Below, in pieces: positions 40,601 through 53,500 of a DNA stretch of 64,000 nucleotides. The stretch spans positions 105,338,001 through 105,402,000 of the forward strand of contig OZ024744.1 of the NCBI GenBank assembly GCA_964016885.1. The letters are read 5' to 3'. The DNA is from Eledone cirrhosa. Lineage: Eukaryota. Position numbers and translations under genes: made by a program. Numbering within the stretch: the stretch's first letter is position 1; each line of letters begins with the position of its first letter. The notes under the pieces are model-generated. The model saw only the letters and a list, made by a program, of their open reading frames with translations. It did no database searches and was not told the origin of the DNA.

Positions 40601-43600
40601 TGCCGTCTATGCCTGGTCTGTGTCTACGGTTGTATGCCGTCTATGACTAGTCTGTGTCTACAGTTGTATGCCGTCTATGACTAGTCTGTGTCTACGGTTG
40701 TATGCTGTCTATGACTAGTCTGTGTCTACTGCTGTATGCAGTCTATGACTAGTCTGTGTCTACGGTTGTATGCAGGCTATGACTAGTCTGTGTCTACGGT
40801 TGTATGCCGTCTATGACTAGTCTGTGTGTACGGTTGTATGCCGTCTATGACTAGTCTTTGTGTACGGTTGTATGCCGTCTATGACTAGTCTGTGTGTACG
40901 GTTGAATGCCGTCTATGACTAGTCTGTGTCTACGGTTGTATGCCGTCTATGACTAGTCTGTGTGTACGGTTGTATGCCGTCTATGACTAGTCTGTGTCTA
41001 CGGTTGTATGCCGTCTATGACTAGTCTGTGTGTACGGTTGTATGCCGTCTATGACTAGTCTGTGTGTACGGTTGTATGCCGTCTATGACTAGTCTGAGTC
41101 TACGGTTGTATGCCGTCTATGACTAGTCTGTGTGTACGGTTCTATGCCGTCTATGACTAGTCTGTGTCTAGTGTTGTATGCCGTCTATGACTAGTCTGTG
41201 TGTACGGTTGTATGCCGTCTATGACTAGTCTGTGTATACGATTGTATGCCGTCTATGACTAGTCTGTGTCTACGGTTGTATGCCGTCTATGACTAGTCTG
41301 TGTCTACAGTTGTATGCCGTCTATGACTAGTCTGTGTCTACGGTTTTATGCCGTCTATGACTAGTCTGTGTCTACAGTTGTATGCCTTCTCTGACTAGTC
41401 TGTGTCTACGGTTGTATGCCGTCTATGACTAGTCTGTGTCTACGGTTGTATGCCGTCTATGACTAGTCTGTGTCTACGGTTGTATGCCGTCTATGACTAG
41501 TCTGTGTCTACAGTTGTATGCCGTCTATGGCTAGTCTGTGTCTACGGTTGTATGCCGTCTATGACTAGTCTGTGTCTACAGTTTTATGCCGTCTCTGACT
41601 AGTCTGTGTCTACGGTTGTATGCCGTCTATGACTGGTCTGTGTCTACGGTTGTATGCCGTCTATGACTAGTCTGTGTCTACAGTTGTATGCCGTCTATGA
41701 CTAGTCTGTGTCTACGGTTGTATGCCGTCTATGACTAGTCTGTGTCTACAGTTGTATGCCGTCTCTGACTAGTCTGTGTCTACGGTTGTATGCCATCTAT
41801 GACTAGTCTGTGTCTACGGTTGTATGCCGTCTATGACTAGTCTGAGTCTACGGTTGTATGCAGTCTATGACTAGTCTGTGTCTACAGTTGTATGCCGTTT
41901 ATGACTAGTCTGTGTGTACGGTTGTATGCCGTCTATGACTAGTCTGTGTCTACAGTTGTATGCCGTCTATGACTAGTCTGTGTCTACAGTTGTATACCGT
42001 CTATGACTTGTCTATGTCTACAGTTGTATGCCGTCTATGACTAGTCTGTGTCTACGGTTGTATGCCGTCTATGACTAGTCTGTGTCTACGGTTGTATGCC
42101 GTCTATGACTAGTCTGTGTCTACGGTTGTATGCTGTCTATGACTAGTCTGTGTCTACTGCTGTATGCAGTCTATGACTAGTCTGTGTCTACGGTTGTATG
42201 CAGGCTATGACTAGTCTGTGTCTACTGTTGTATGCCGTCTATGACTAGTCTGTGTGTACGGTAGTATGCCGTCTATGACTAGTCCTTGTGTACGGTTGTA
42301 TGCCGTCTATGACTAGTCTCTGTGTACGGTTGAATGCCGTCTATGACTAGTCTGTGTCTACGGTTGTATGCCGTCTATGACTAGTCTGTGCGTACGGTTG
42401 TATGCCGTCTATGACTAGTCTGTGTCTACGGTTGTATGCCGTCTATGACTAGTCTGATCCACGGTTGTATGCCGTCTATGACTAGTCTGATCCACTGTTG
42501 TATGCCGTCTATGACTAGTCTGTGTCTACGGTTGTATGGCGTCTATGACTAGTCTGTGTCTACCGTTGTATGCCAACTATGACTAGTCTGTGTCTACAGT
42601 TGTATGCCATCTATGACTAGTCTGTGTCAACTGTTGTATACCGTCTATGGCTAGTCTGTGTCTACGGTTGTATGCCGTCTATGACTAGTCTGTGTGTACG
42701 GTTGTATGCCGTCTATGACTAGTCTGTGTGTACGGTTGTATGCCGTCTATGACTAGTCTGTGTGTACGGTTGTATGCCGTCTATGACTAGTCTGTGTGTA
42801 CGGTTGTATGCCGTCTATGACTAGTCTGAGTCTACGGTTGTATGCCGTCTATGACTAGTCTGTGTGTACGGTTCTATGCCGTCTATGACTAGTCTGTGTC
42901 TAGGGTTGTATGCCGTCTATGACTAGTCTGTGTGTACGGTTGTATTCCGTCTATGACTAGTCTGTGTGTACGGTTCTATGCCGTCTATGACTAGTCTGTG
43001 TCTAGGGTTGTATGCCGTCTATGACTAGTCTGTGTGTACGGTTGTATGCCGTCTATGACTAGTCTGTGTATACGGTTGTATGCCGTCTATGACTAGTCTG
43101 TGTCTACGGTTGTATGCCGTCTATGACTAGTCTGTGTCTACAGTTGTATGCCGTCTCTGACTAGTCTGTGTCTACGGTTGTATGCCGTCTATGACTAGTC
43201 TGTGTCTACGGTTGTATTCCGTCTATGACTAGTCTGTGTCTACGGTTTATGCCGTCTATGACTAGTCTGTGTCTACGGTTGTATGCCATCTATGACTAGT
43301 CTGTGTGTACGGTTGTATGCCGTCTATGACTAGTCTGTGTCTACGGTTGTATGCCGTCTATGACTAGTCTGTGTGTAATGTTGTATGCCGTCTATGACTA
43401 GTCTGTGTCTACGGTTGTATGCCGTCTATGACTAGTCTGTGTCTACGCTTGTATGCCGTCTATGACTAGAATGTGTCTACGGCTGTATGCCATCTATGAC
43501 TAGTCTGTGTTTAATTTTGTATGCCGTCTATGACTAGTCTGTGTCTACGCTTGTATGCCGTCTATGACTAGTCTGTATGTACGGTTGTATGCCGTCTATG

Positions 43601-46600
43601 ACTAGTCTGTGTCTACGGTTGTATGCCGTCTATGACTTGTCTGTGTCTACGGTTGTATGCCCTCTTTGACTAGTCTGTGTCTACGGTTGTATGCCGTCTA
43701 TGACTAGTCTGTGTCTACTGTTGTATGCAGTCTATGACTAGTCTGTGTCTACGGTTGTATGCCGTCTATGACTAGTCTGTGTCTACGGTTGTATGCTGTC
43801 TATGACTAGTCTGTGTCTACGGTTGTATGCCGTCTATGACTAGTCTGTGTCTACGGTTGTATGCCGTCTATGACTAGTCTGTGTCTAGGGTTGTATGCCG
43901 TCTATGTCTAGTCTGAGTCTACGGTTGTAGGCAGTCTATGACTAGTCTGTGTCTACGGTTGTATGCCGTCTATGACTAGTCTGTGTCTACGGTTGTATGC
44001 CGTCTATGACTAGTGTGTGTCTACAGTTGTATGCCGTCTATGACTAGTCTGTGTCTACAGTTGTATGCCGTCTATGACTAGTCTGTGTCTACGGTTGTAT
44101 GCCGTCTATGACTAGTCTGTGTCTACGGTTGTATGCCGTCTATGACTATTCTGTGTCAACGGTTGTATGCTGTCTATGACTAGTCTGTGTGTACGGTTGT
44201 ATGCAGTCTATGACTAGTCTGTGTCTACTGTTGTATGCCGTCTGTGAGTAGTCTGTGTGTACGGTTGTATGCAGTCTATGACTAGTCTGTGTCTACGGTT
44301 GTATGCCGTCTATGGCTAGTCTGTGTGTACGGTTGTATGCCGTCTATGACTAGTCTGTGTCTACAGTTGTATGCCGTCTATGACTAGTCTGTGTCTACAG
44401 TTGTATGCCGTCTATGACTAGTCTGTGTCTACGGTTGTATGCCGTCTATGACTAGTCTGTGTCTACAGTTGTATGCCGTCTATGACTAGTTTGTGTCTAC
44501 TGTTGTATACCGTCTATGACTAGTCTGTGTCTACGGTTGTATGCAGTCTATGACTAGTCTGTGTCTACGGTTGTATGCCGTCTATGATTAGTCTGTGTCT
44601 ACGGTTGTATGCCGTCTATGACTAGTCAGTGTCTACAGTTGTATGCCGTCTATGACTAGTCTGTGTCTTCGGTTGTATGCCGTCTATGACTAGTCTGTCT
44701 ACGGTTGTATGCCGTCTATGACTAGTCTGTGTCTACAGTTGTATGCCGTCTATGACTAGTCTGTGTCTACGGTTGTATGCCGTCTATGACTATTCTGTGT
44801 CTATGGTTGAATGCCGTCTATGACTAGTCTGTGTCTACGGTTGTATGCCGTTATGACTAGTCTGATCCACGGTTGTATGCCGTCTATGACTAGTCTGATC
44901 CACTGTTGTATGCCGTCTATGACTAGTCTGTGTCTTCAGTTGTATGCCGTTTATGAGTAGTCTGTGTGTACGGTTGTATGCCGTCTATGACTAGTCTGTG
45001 TCTACGGTTGTATGCCGTCTATGACTAGTCTGTGTCTACGGTTGTATGCCGTCTATGACTAGTCTGTGTCTACGGTTGTATGCAGTCTATGACTAGTCTG
45101 TGTGTTCGGTTGTATGCCGTCTATGACTAGTCTGAATCTACGGTTGTATGCAGTCTATGACTAGTCTGTGTCTACAGTTGTATGCCGTTTATGACTAGTC
45201 TGTGTGTACGGTTGTATGCCGTCTATGACTAGTTTGTGTCTACAGTTGTATGCCGTCTATGACTAGTCTGTGTCTACAGTTGTATACCGTCTATGACTTG
45301 TCTATGTCTACAGTTGTATGCCGTCTATCACTAGTCTGTGTCTACGGTTGTATGCCGTCTATGACTAGTCTGTGTCTACGGTTGTATGCCGTCTATGACT
45401 AGTCTGTGTCTACAGTTGTATGCCGTCTATGACTAGTCTGTGTCTACGGTTGTATGCCGTCTATGACTAGTCTGCGTCTACAGTTTTATGCCGTCTCTGA
45501 CTAGTCTGTGTCTACGGTTGTATGCCGTCTATGACTGGTCTGTGTCTACGGTTGTATGCCGTCTATGACTAGTCTGTGTCTACAGTTGTATGCCGTCTAT
45601 GACTAGTCTGTGTCTACGGTTGTATGCCGTCTATGACTAGTCTGTGTCTACAGTTGTATGCCGTCTCTGACTAGTCTGTGTCTACGGTTGTATGCCATCT
45701 ATGACTAGTCTGTGTCTACGGTTGTATGCCGTCTATGACTAGTCTGTGTCTACGGTTGTATGCAGTCTATGACTAGTCTGTGTCTACGGTTGTATGCCGT
45801 ATATGACTAGTCTGTGTCTACGGTTGTATGCCGTCTATGACTAGTCTGTGTCTACGGTTGTATGCCGTATATGACTAGTCTGTGTGTACGGTTGTATGCC
45901 ATCGATGACTAGCCTGTGTGTACGGTTGTATGCCGTCTATGACTAGTCTGTGTCTACGGTTGTATGCCGTCTATGACTAATCTGTGTGTACGGTTGTATG
46001 CAGTCTATGACTAGTCTGTGTCTACGGTTGTATGCCGTCTATGACTAGTCTGTGTCTACGGTTGTATTCAGTATAAGACTAGTCTGTTCCACGGTTGTAT
46101 GCCGTCTATGACTAGTCTGTGTCTTCGGTTGTATGCCGTCTATGACTAGTCTGTGTCTACAGTTGTATGCCGTCTATGACTAGACTGTGTCTACAGTTGT
46201 ATGCCGTCTATGACTAGTCTGTGTCTACGGTTGTATGCCGTCTATGACTAGTCTGAGTCTACGGTTGTATGCCGTCTATGACTAGTCTGTGTCTACGGTT
46301 GTATGCCGTCTATGACTAGTCTGATCCACGGTTGTATGCCGTATATGACTAGTCTGTGTGTACGGTTGTATGCAGTCTATGACTAGTCTGTGTCCACGGT
46401 TGTATGCAGTCTATGACTAGTGTGATCCACGGTTGTATGCCGTCTATGACTAGTCTGATCCACGGTTGTATGCCGTCTATGACTAGTCTGTGTCTACGGT
46501 TGTATGCAGTCTATGACTAGTCAGTGTCTACGGTTGTATGGCGTCTATGACTAGTCTGTGTCTACAGTTGTATGCCATCTATGACTAGTCTGTGTCAACA

Positions 46601-48751
46601 GTTGTATACCGTCTATGACTAGTCTGTGTCTACGGTTGTATGCCGTCTATGACTAGTCTGTGTGTACGGTTGTATGCCGTCTATGACTAGTCTGTGTGTA
46701 CTGTTGTATGCCGTCTATGACTAGTCTGTGTGTACGGTTGTATGCCGTCTATGACTAGTCGGTGTCTACGGTTGTATGCCATCTATGACTAGTCTGTGTC
46801 TACAGTTGTATGCCATCTATGACTAGTCTGTGTCAACAGTTGTATACTGTCTATGACTAGTCTGTGTCTACGGTTGTATGCCGTCTATGACTAGTCTGTG
46901 TGTACGGTTGTATGCCGTCTATGACTAGTCTGTGTGTACGGTTGTATGCCGTCTATGACTAGTCTGTGTGTACGGTTGTATGCCGTCTATGACTAGTCTG
47001 AGTCTACGGTTGTATGCCGTCTATGACTAGTCTGTGTGTACGGTTCTATGCCGTCTATGACTAGTCTGTGTCTAGGGTTGTATGCAGTCTATGACTAGTC
47101 TGTGTGTACGGTTGTATGCCGTCTATGACTAGTCTGTGTATACGGTTGTATGCCGTCTATGACTAGTCTGTGTCTACGGTTGTATGCCGTCTATGACTAG
47201 TCTGTGTCTACAGTTGTATGCCGTCTATGACTAGTCTGTGTCTACGGTTGTATGCCGTCTATGACTAGTCTGTGTCTACAGTTGTATGCCGTCACTGACT
47301 AGTCTGTGTCTACGGTTGTATGCCGTCTATGACTAGTCTGTGTCTACGGTTGTATGCCGTCTATGACTAGTCTGTGTCTACGGTTGTATGCCGTCTATGA
47401 CTAGTCGGTGTCTACAGATTTATGCCGTCTCTGACTAGTCTGTGTCTACGGTTGTATGCCGTCTATGCCTGGTCTGTGTCTACGGTTGTATGCCGTCTAT
47501 GACTAGTCTGTGTCTACAGTTGTATGCCGTCTATGACTAGTCTGTGTCTACGGTTGTATGCTGTCTATGACTAGTCTGTGTCTACTGCTGTATGCAGTCT
47601 ATGACTAGTCTGTGTCTACGGTTGTATGCAGGCTATGACTAGTCTGTGTCTACGGTTGTATGCCGTCTATGACTAGTCTGTGTGTACGGTTGTATGCCGT
47701 CTATGACTAGTCTTTGTGTACGGTTGTATGCCGTCTATGACTAGTCTGTGTGTACGGTTGAATGCCGTCTATGACTAGTCTGTGTCTACGGTTGTATGCC
47801 GTCTATGACTAGTCTGTGTGTACGGTTGTATGCCGTCTATGACTAGTCTGTGTCTACGGTTGTATGCCGTCTATGACTAGTCTGTGTGTATGGTTGTATG
47901 CCGTCTATGACTAGTCTGAGTCTACGGTTGTATGCCGTCTATGACTAGTCTGTGTGTACGGTTCTATGCCGTCTATGACTAGTCTGTGTCTAGGGTTGTA
48001 TGCCGTCTATGACTAGTCTGTGTGTACGGTTGTATGCCGTCTATGACTAGTCTGTGTATACGGTTGTATGCCGTCTATGACTAGTCTGTGTCTACGGTTG
48101 TATGCCGTCTATGACTAGTCTGTGTCTACAGTTGTATGCCGTCTATGACTAGTCTGTGTCTACGGTTTTATGCCGTCTATGACTAGTCTGTGTCTACAGT
48201 TGTATGCCTTTTCTGACTAGTCTGTGTCTACGGTTGTATGCCGTCTATGACTAGTCTGTGTCTACGGTTGTATGCCGTCTATGACTAGTCGGTGTCTACA
48301 GATTTATGCCGTCTCTGACTAGTCTGTGTCTACGGTTGTATGCCGTCTATGCCTGGTCTGTGTCTACGGTTGTATGCCGTCTATGACTAGTCTGTGTCTA
48401 CAGTTGTATGCCGTCTATGACTAGTCTGTGTCTACGGTTGTATGCTGTCTATGACTAGTCTGTGTCTACTGCTGTATGCAGTCTATGACTAGTCTGTGTC
48501 TACGGTTGTATGCAGGCTATGACTAGTCTGTGTCTACGGTTGTATGCCGTCTATGACTAGTCTGTGTGTACGGTTGTATGCCGTCTATGACTAGTCTTTG
48601 TGTACGGTTGTATGCCGTCTATGACTAGTCTGTGTGTACGGTTGAATGCCGTCTATGACTAGTCTGTGTCTACGGTTGTATGCCGTCTATGACTAGTCTG
48701 TGTGTACGGTTGTATGCCGTCTATGACTAGTCTGTGTCTACGGTTGTATGC
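37610..48751 (+). repeat. Block duplication with 7,740-bp offset (~37610-41011 vs ~45350-48751)
   Basis: TCTGCGTCTA at 37731/45471, GCCATCGATG at 38158/45898 and GCCGTCACTG at 39548/47288. Confidence 0.88.
40190..48751 (+). repeat. Distant near-identical copy of window positions 1-~8594 (offset ~40.2 kb)
   Basis: GGTAGTATG at 2071/42260 (40189) and GCCATCGATG at 5741/45898 (40157). The variant CCTTTTCTGAC was seen only at ~8050 and ~48207. Confidence 0.88.
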
Positions 48752-50559
48752 TGTCTATGACTAGTCTGTGTCTACTGCTGTATGCAGTCTATGACTAGTC
48801 TGTGTCTACGGTTGTATGCAGGCTATGACTAGTCTGTGTCTACGGTTGTATGCCGTCTATGACTAGTCTGTGTGTACGGTTGTATGCCGTCTATGACTAG
48901 TCTTTGTGTACGGTTGTATGCCGTCTATGACTAGTCTGTGTCTACGGTTGTATGCCGTCTATGACTAGTCTGTGTGTACGGTTGTATGCCGTCTATGACT
49001 AGTCTGTATCTACGGTTGTATGCCGTCTATGACTAGTCTGTGTGTACGGTTGTATGCCGTCTATGACTAGACTGTGTGTACGGTTGTATGCCGTCTATGA
49101 CTAGTCTGAGTCTACGGTTGTATGCCGTCTATGACTAGTCTGTGTGTACGGTTCTATGCCGTCTATGACTAGTCTGTGTCTAGGGTTGTATGCCGTCTAT
49201 GACTAGTCTGTGTGTACGGTTGTATGCCGTCTATGACTAGTCTGTGTATACGGTTGTATGCCGTCTATGACTAGTCTGTGTCTACGGTTGTATGCCGTCT
49301 ATGACTAGTCTGTGTCTACAGTTGTATGCCGTCTATGACTAGTCTGTGTCTACGGTTTTATGCCGTCTATGACTAGTCTGTGTCTACAGTTGTATGCCTT
49401 CTCTGACTAGTCTGTCTCTACGGTTGTATGCCGTCTATGACTAGTCTGTGTCTACGGTTGTATGCCGTCTATGACTAGTCTGTGTCTACGGTTGTATGCC
49501 GTCTATGACTAGTCTGTGTCTACAGTTGTATGCCGTCTATGACTAGTCTGTGTCTACGGTTGTATGCCGTCTATGACTAGTCTGTGTCTACAGTTTTATG
49601 CCGTCTCTGACTAGTCTGTGTCTACGGTTGTATGCCGTCTATGACTGGTCTGTGTCTACGGTTGTATGCCGTCTATGACTAGTCTGTGTCTACAGTTGTA
49701 TGCCGTCTATGACTAGTCTGTGTCTACGGTTGTATGCCATCTATGACTAGTCTGTGTCTACGGTTGTATGCCGTCTATGACTAGTCTGAGTCTACGGTTG
49801 TATGCAGTCTATGACTAGTCAGTGTCTACAGTTGTATGCCGTTTATGACTAGTCTGTGTGTACGGTTGTATGCCGTCTATGACTAGTCTGTGTCTACAGT
49901 TGTATGCCGTCTATGACTAGTCTGTGTCTACAGTTGTATACCGTCTATGACTTGTCTATGTCTACAGTTGTATGCCGTCTATGACTAGTCTGTGTCTACG
50001 GTTGTATGCCGTCTATGACTAGTCTGTGTCTACGGTCGTATGCCGTCTATGACTAGTCTGTGTCTACGGTTGTATGCTGTCTATGACTAGTCTGTGTCTA
50101 CTGCTGTATGCAGTCTATGACTAGTCTGTGTCTACGGTTGTATGCAGGCTATGACTAGTCTGTGTCTACTGTTGTATGCCGTCTATGACTAGTCTGTGTG
50201 TACGGTTGTATGCCGTCTATGACTAGTCTTTGTGTACGGTTGTATGCCGTCTATGACTAGTCTGTGTCTAAAGTTGTATGCCTTCTCTGACTAGTCTGTC
50301 TCTACGGTTGTATGCCGTCTATGACTAGTCTGTGTCTACGGTTGTATGCCGTCTATGACTAGTCTGTGTGTACGGTTGAATGCCGTCTATGACTAGTCTG
50401 TGTCTACGGTTGTATGCCGTCTATGACTAGTCTGTGTGTACGGTTGTATGCCGTCTATGACTAGTCTGTGTCTACGGTTGTATGCCGTCTATGACTAGTC
50501 TGTGTCTACGGTTGTATGCCGTCTATGACTAGTCTGATCCACGGTTGTATGCCCTCTAT

Positions 50560-53500
50560 GACTAGTCTGTGTCTACGGTTGTATGCAGTCTATGACTAGT
50601 CAGTGTCTACGGTTGTATGGCGTCTATGACTAGTCTGTGTCTACGGTTGTATGCCATCTATGACTAGTCTGTGTCTACAGTTGTATGCCATCTATGACTA
50701 GTCTGTGTCAACAGTTGTATACCGTCTATGACTAGTCTGTGTCTACGGTTGTATGCCGTCTATGACTAGTCTGAGTCTACGGTTGTATGCCGTCTATGAC
50801 TAGTCTGTATGTACGGTTCTATGCTGTCTATGACTGGTCTGTGTCTAGGGTTGTATGCCGTCTATGACTAGTCTGTGTGTACGGTTGTATGCCGTCTATG
50901 ACTAGTCTGTGTATACGGTTGTATGCCGTCTATGACTAGTCTGTGTCTACGGTTGTAGGCCGTCTATGACTAGTCTGTGTGTACGGTTGTATGCCGTCTA
51001 TGACTAGTCTTTGTGTACGGTTGTATGCCGTCTATGACTAGTCTGTGTGTACGGTTGAATGCCGTCTATGACTAGTCTGTGTCTATGGTTGTATGCCGTC
51101 TATGACTAGTCTGTGTGTACGGTTGTATGCCGTCTATGACTAGTCTGTGTCTACGGTTGTATGCCGTCTATGACTAGTCTGATCCACGGTTGTATGCCGT
51201 CTATGACTAGTCTGATCCACGGTTGTATGCCCTCTATGACTAGTCTGTGTCTACGGTTGTATGCAGTCTATGACTAGTCAGTGTCTACGGTTGTATGGCG
51301 TCTATGACTAGTCTGTGTCTACGGTTGTATGCCATCTATGACTAGTCTGTGTCTACAGTTGTATGCCATCTATGACTAGTCTGTGTCAACAGTTGTATAC
51401 CGTCTATGACTAGTCTGTGTCTACGGTTGTATGCCGTCTATGACTAGTCTGTGTGTACGGTTGTATGCCGTCTATGACTAGTCTATGTGTACGGTTGTAT
51501 GCCGTCTATGACTAGTCTGTGTGTACGGTTGTATGCCGTCTATGACTAGTCTGTGTGTACGGTTGTATGCCGTCTATGACTAGTGTGAGTCTACGGTTGT
51601 ATGCCGTCTATGACTAGTCTGTATGTACGGTTCTATGCCGTCTATGACTAGTCTGTGTCTAGGGTTGTATGCCGTCTATGACTAGTCTGTGTGTACGGTT
51701 GTATGCCGTCTATGACTAGTCTGTGTATACGGTTGTATGCCGTCTATGACTAGTCTGTGTCTACGGTTGTAGGCCGTCTATGACTAGTCTGTGTCTACAG
51801 TTGTATGCCCTCTATGACTAGTCTGTGTCTACGGTTGTATGCCGTCTATGACTAGTCTGTGTCTACAGTTGTATGCCGTCTCTGACTAGTCTGTGTCTAC
51901 GGTTGTATGCCGTCTATGACTAGTCTGTGTCTAAGGATGTATGCCGTCTATGACTAGTCTGTGTCTACGGTTGTATGCCGTCTATGACTAGTCTGTGTCT
52001 ACAGTTGTATGCCGTCTATGACTAGTCTGTGTCTACGGTTGTATGCCGTCTATGACTAGTCTGCGTCTACAGTTTTATGCCGTCTCTGACTAGTCTGTGT
52101 CTACGGTTGTATGCCGTCTATGACTGGTCTGTGTCTACGGTTGTATGCCGTCTATGACTAGTCTGTGTCTACAGTTGTATGCCGTCTATGACTAGTCTGT
52201 GTCTACGGTTGTATGCCGTCTATGACTAGTCTGTGTCTACAGTTGTATGCCGTCTCTGACTAGTCTGTGTCTACGGTTGTATGCCATCTATGACTAGTCT
52301 GTGTCTACGGTTGTATGCCGTCTATGACTAGTCTGTGTCTACGGTTGTATGCAGTCTATGACTAGTCTGTGTCTACGGTTGTATGCCGTATATGACTAGT
52401 CTGTGTCTACGGTTGTATGCCGTCTATGACTAGTCTGTGTCTACGGTTGTATGCCGTATATGACTAGTCTGTGTGTACGGTTGTATGCCATCGATGACTA
52501 GCCTGTGTGTACGGTTGTATGCCGTCTATGACTAGTCTGTGTCTACGGTTGTATGCCGTCTATGACTAATCTGTGTGTACGGTTGTATGCAGTCTATGAC
52601 TAGTCTGTGTCTACGGTTGTATGCCGTCTATGACTAGTCTGTGTCTACGGTTGTATTCAGTATAAGACTAGTCTGATCCACGGTTGTATGCCGTCTATGA
52701 CTAGTCTGTGTCTTCGGTTGTATGCCGTCTATGACTAGTCTGTGTCTACAGTTGTATGCCGTCTATGACTAGACTGTGTCTACAGTTGTATGCCGTCTAT
52801 GACTAGTCTGTGTCTACGGTTGTATGCCGTCTATGACTAGTCTGAGTCTACGGTTGTATGCCGTCTATGACTAGTCTGTGTCTACGGTTGTATGCCGTCT
52901 ATGACTAGTCTGATCCACGGTTGTATGCCGTATATGACTAGTCTGTGTGTACGGTTGTATGCAGTCTATGACTAGTCTGTGTCCACGGTTGTATGCAGTC
53001 TATGATTAGTGTGATCCACGGTTGTATGCCGTCTATGACTAGTCTGATCCACGGTTGTATGCCGTCTATGACTAGTCTGTGTCTACGGTTGTATGCAGTC
53101 TATGACTAGTCAGTGTCTACGGTTGTATGGCGTCTATGACTAGTCTGTGTCTACAGTTGTATGCCATCTATGACTAGTCTGTGTCAACAGTTGTATACCG
53201 TCTATGACTAGTCTGTGTCTACGGTTGTATGCCGTCTATGACTAGTCTGTGTGTACGGTTGTATGCCGTCTATGACTAGTCTGTGTGTACTGTTGTATGC
53301 CGTCTATGACTAGTCTGTGTGTACGGTTGTATGCCGTCTATGACTAGTCTGTGTCTACGGTTGTATGCCATCTATGACTAGTCTGTGTCTACAGTTGTAT
53401 GCCATCTATGACTAGTCTGTGTCAACAGTTGTATACTGTCTATGACTAGTCTGTGTCTACGGTTGTATGCCGTCTATGACTAGTCTGTGTGTACGGTTGT

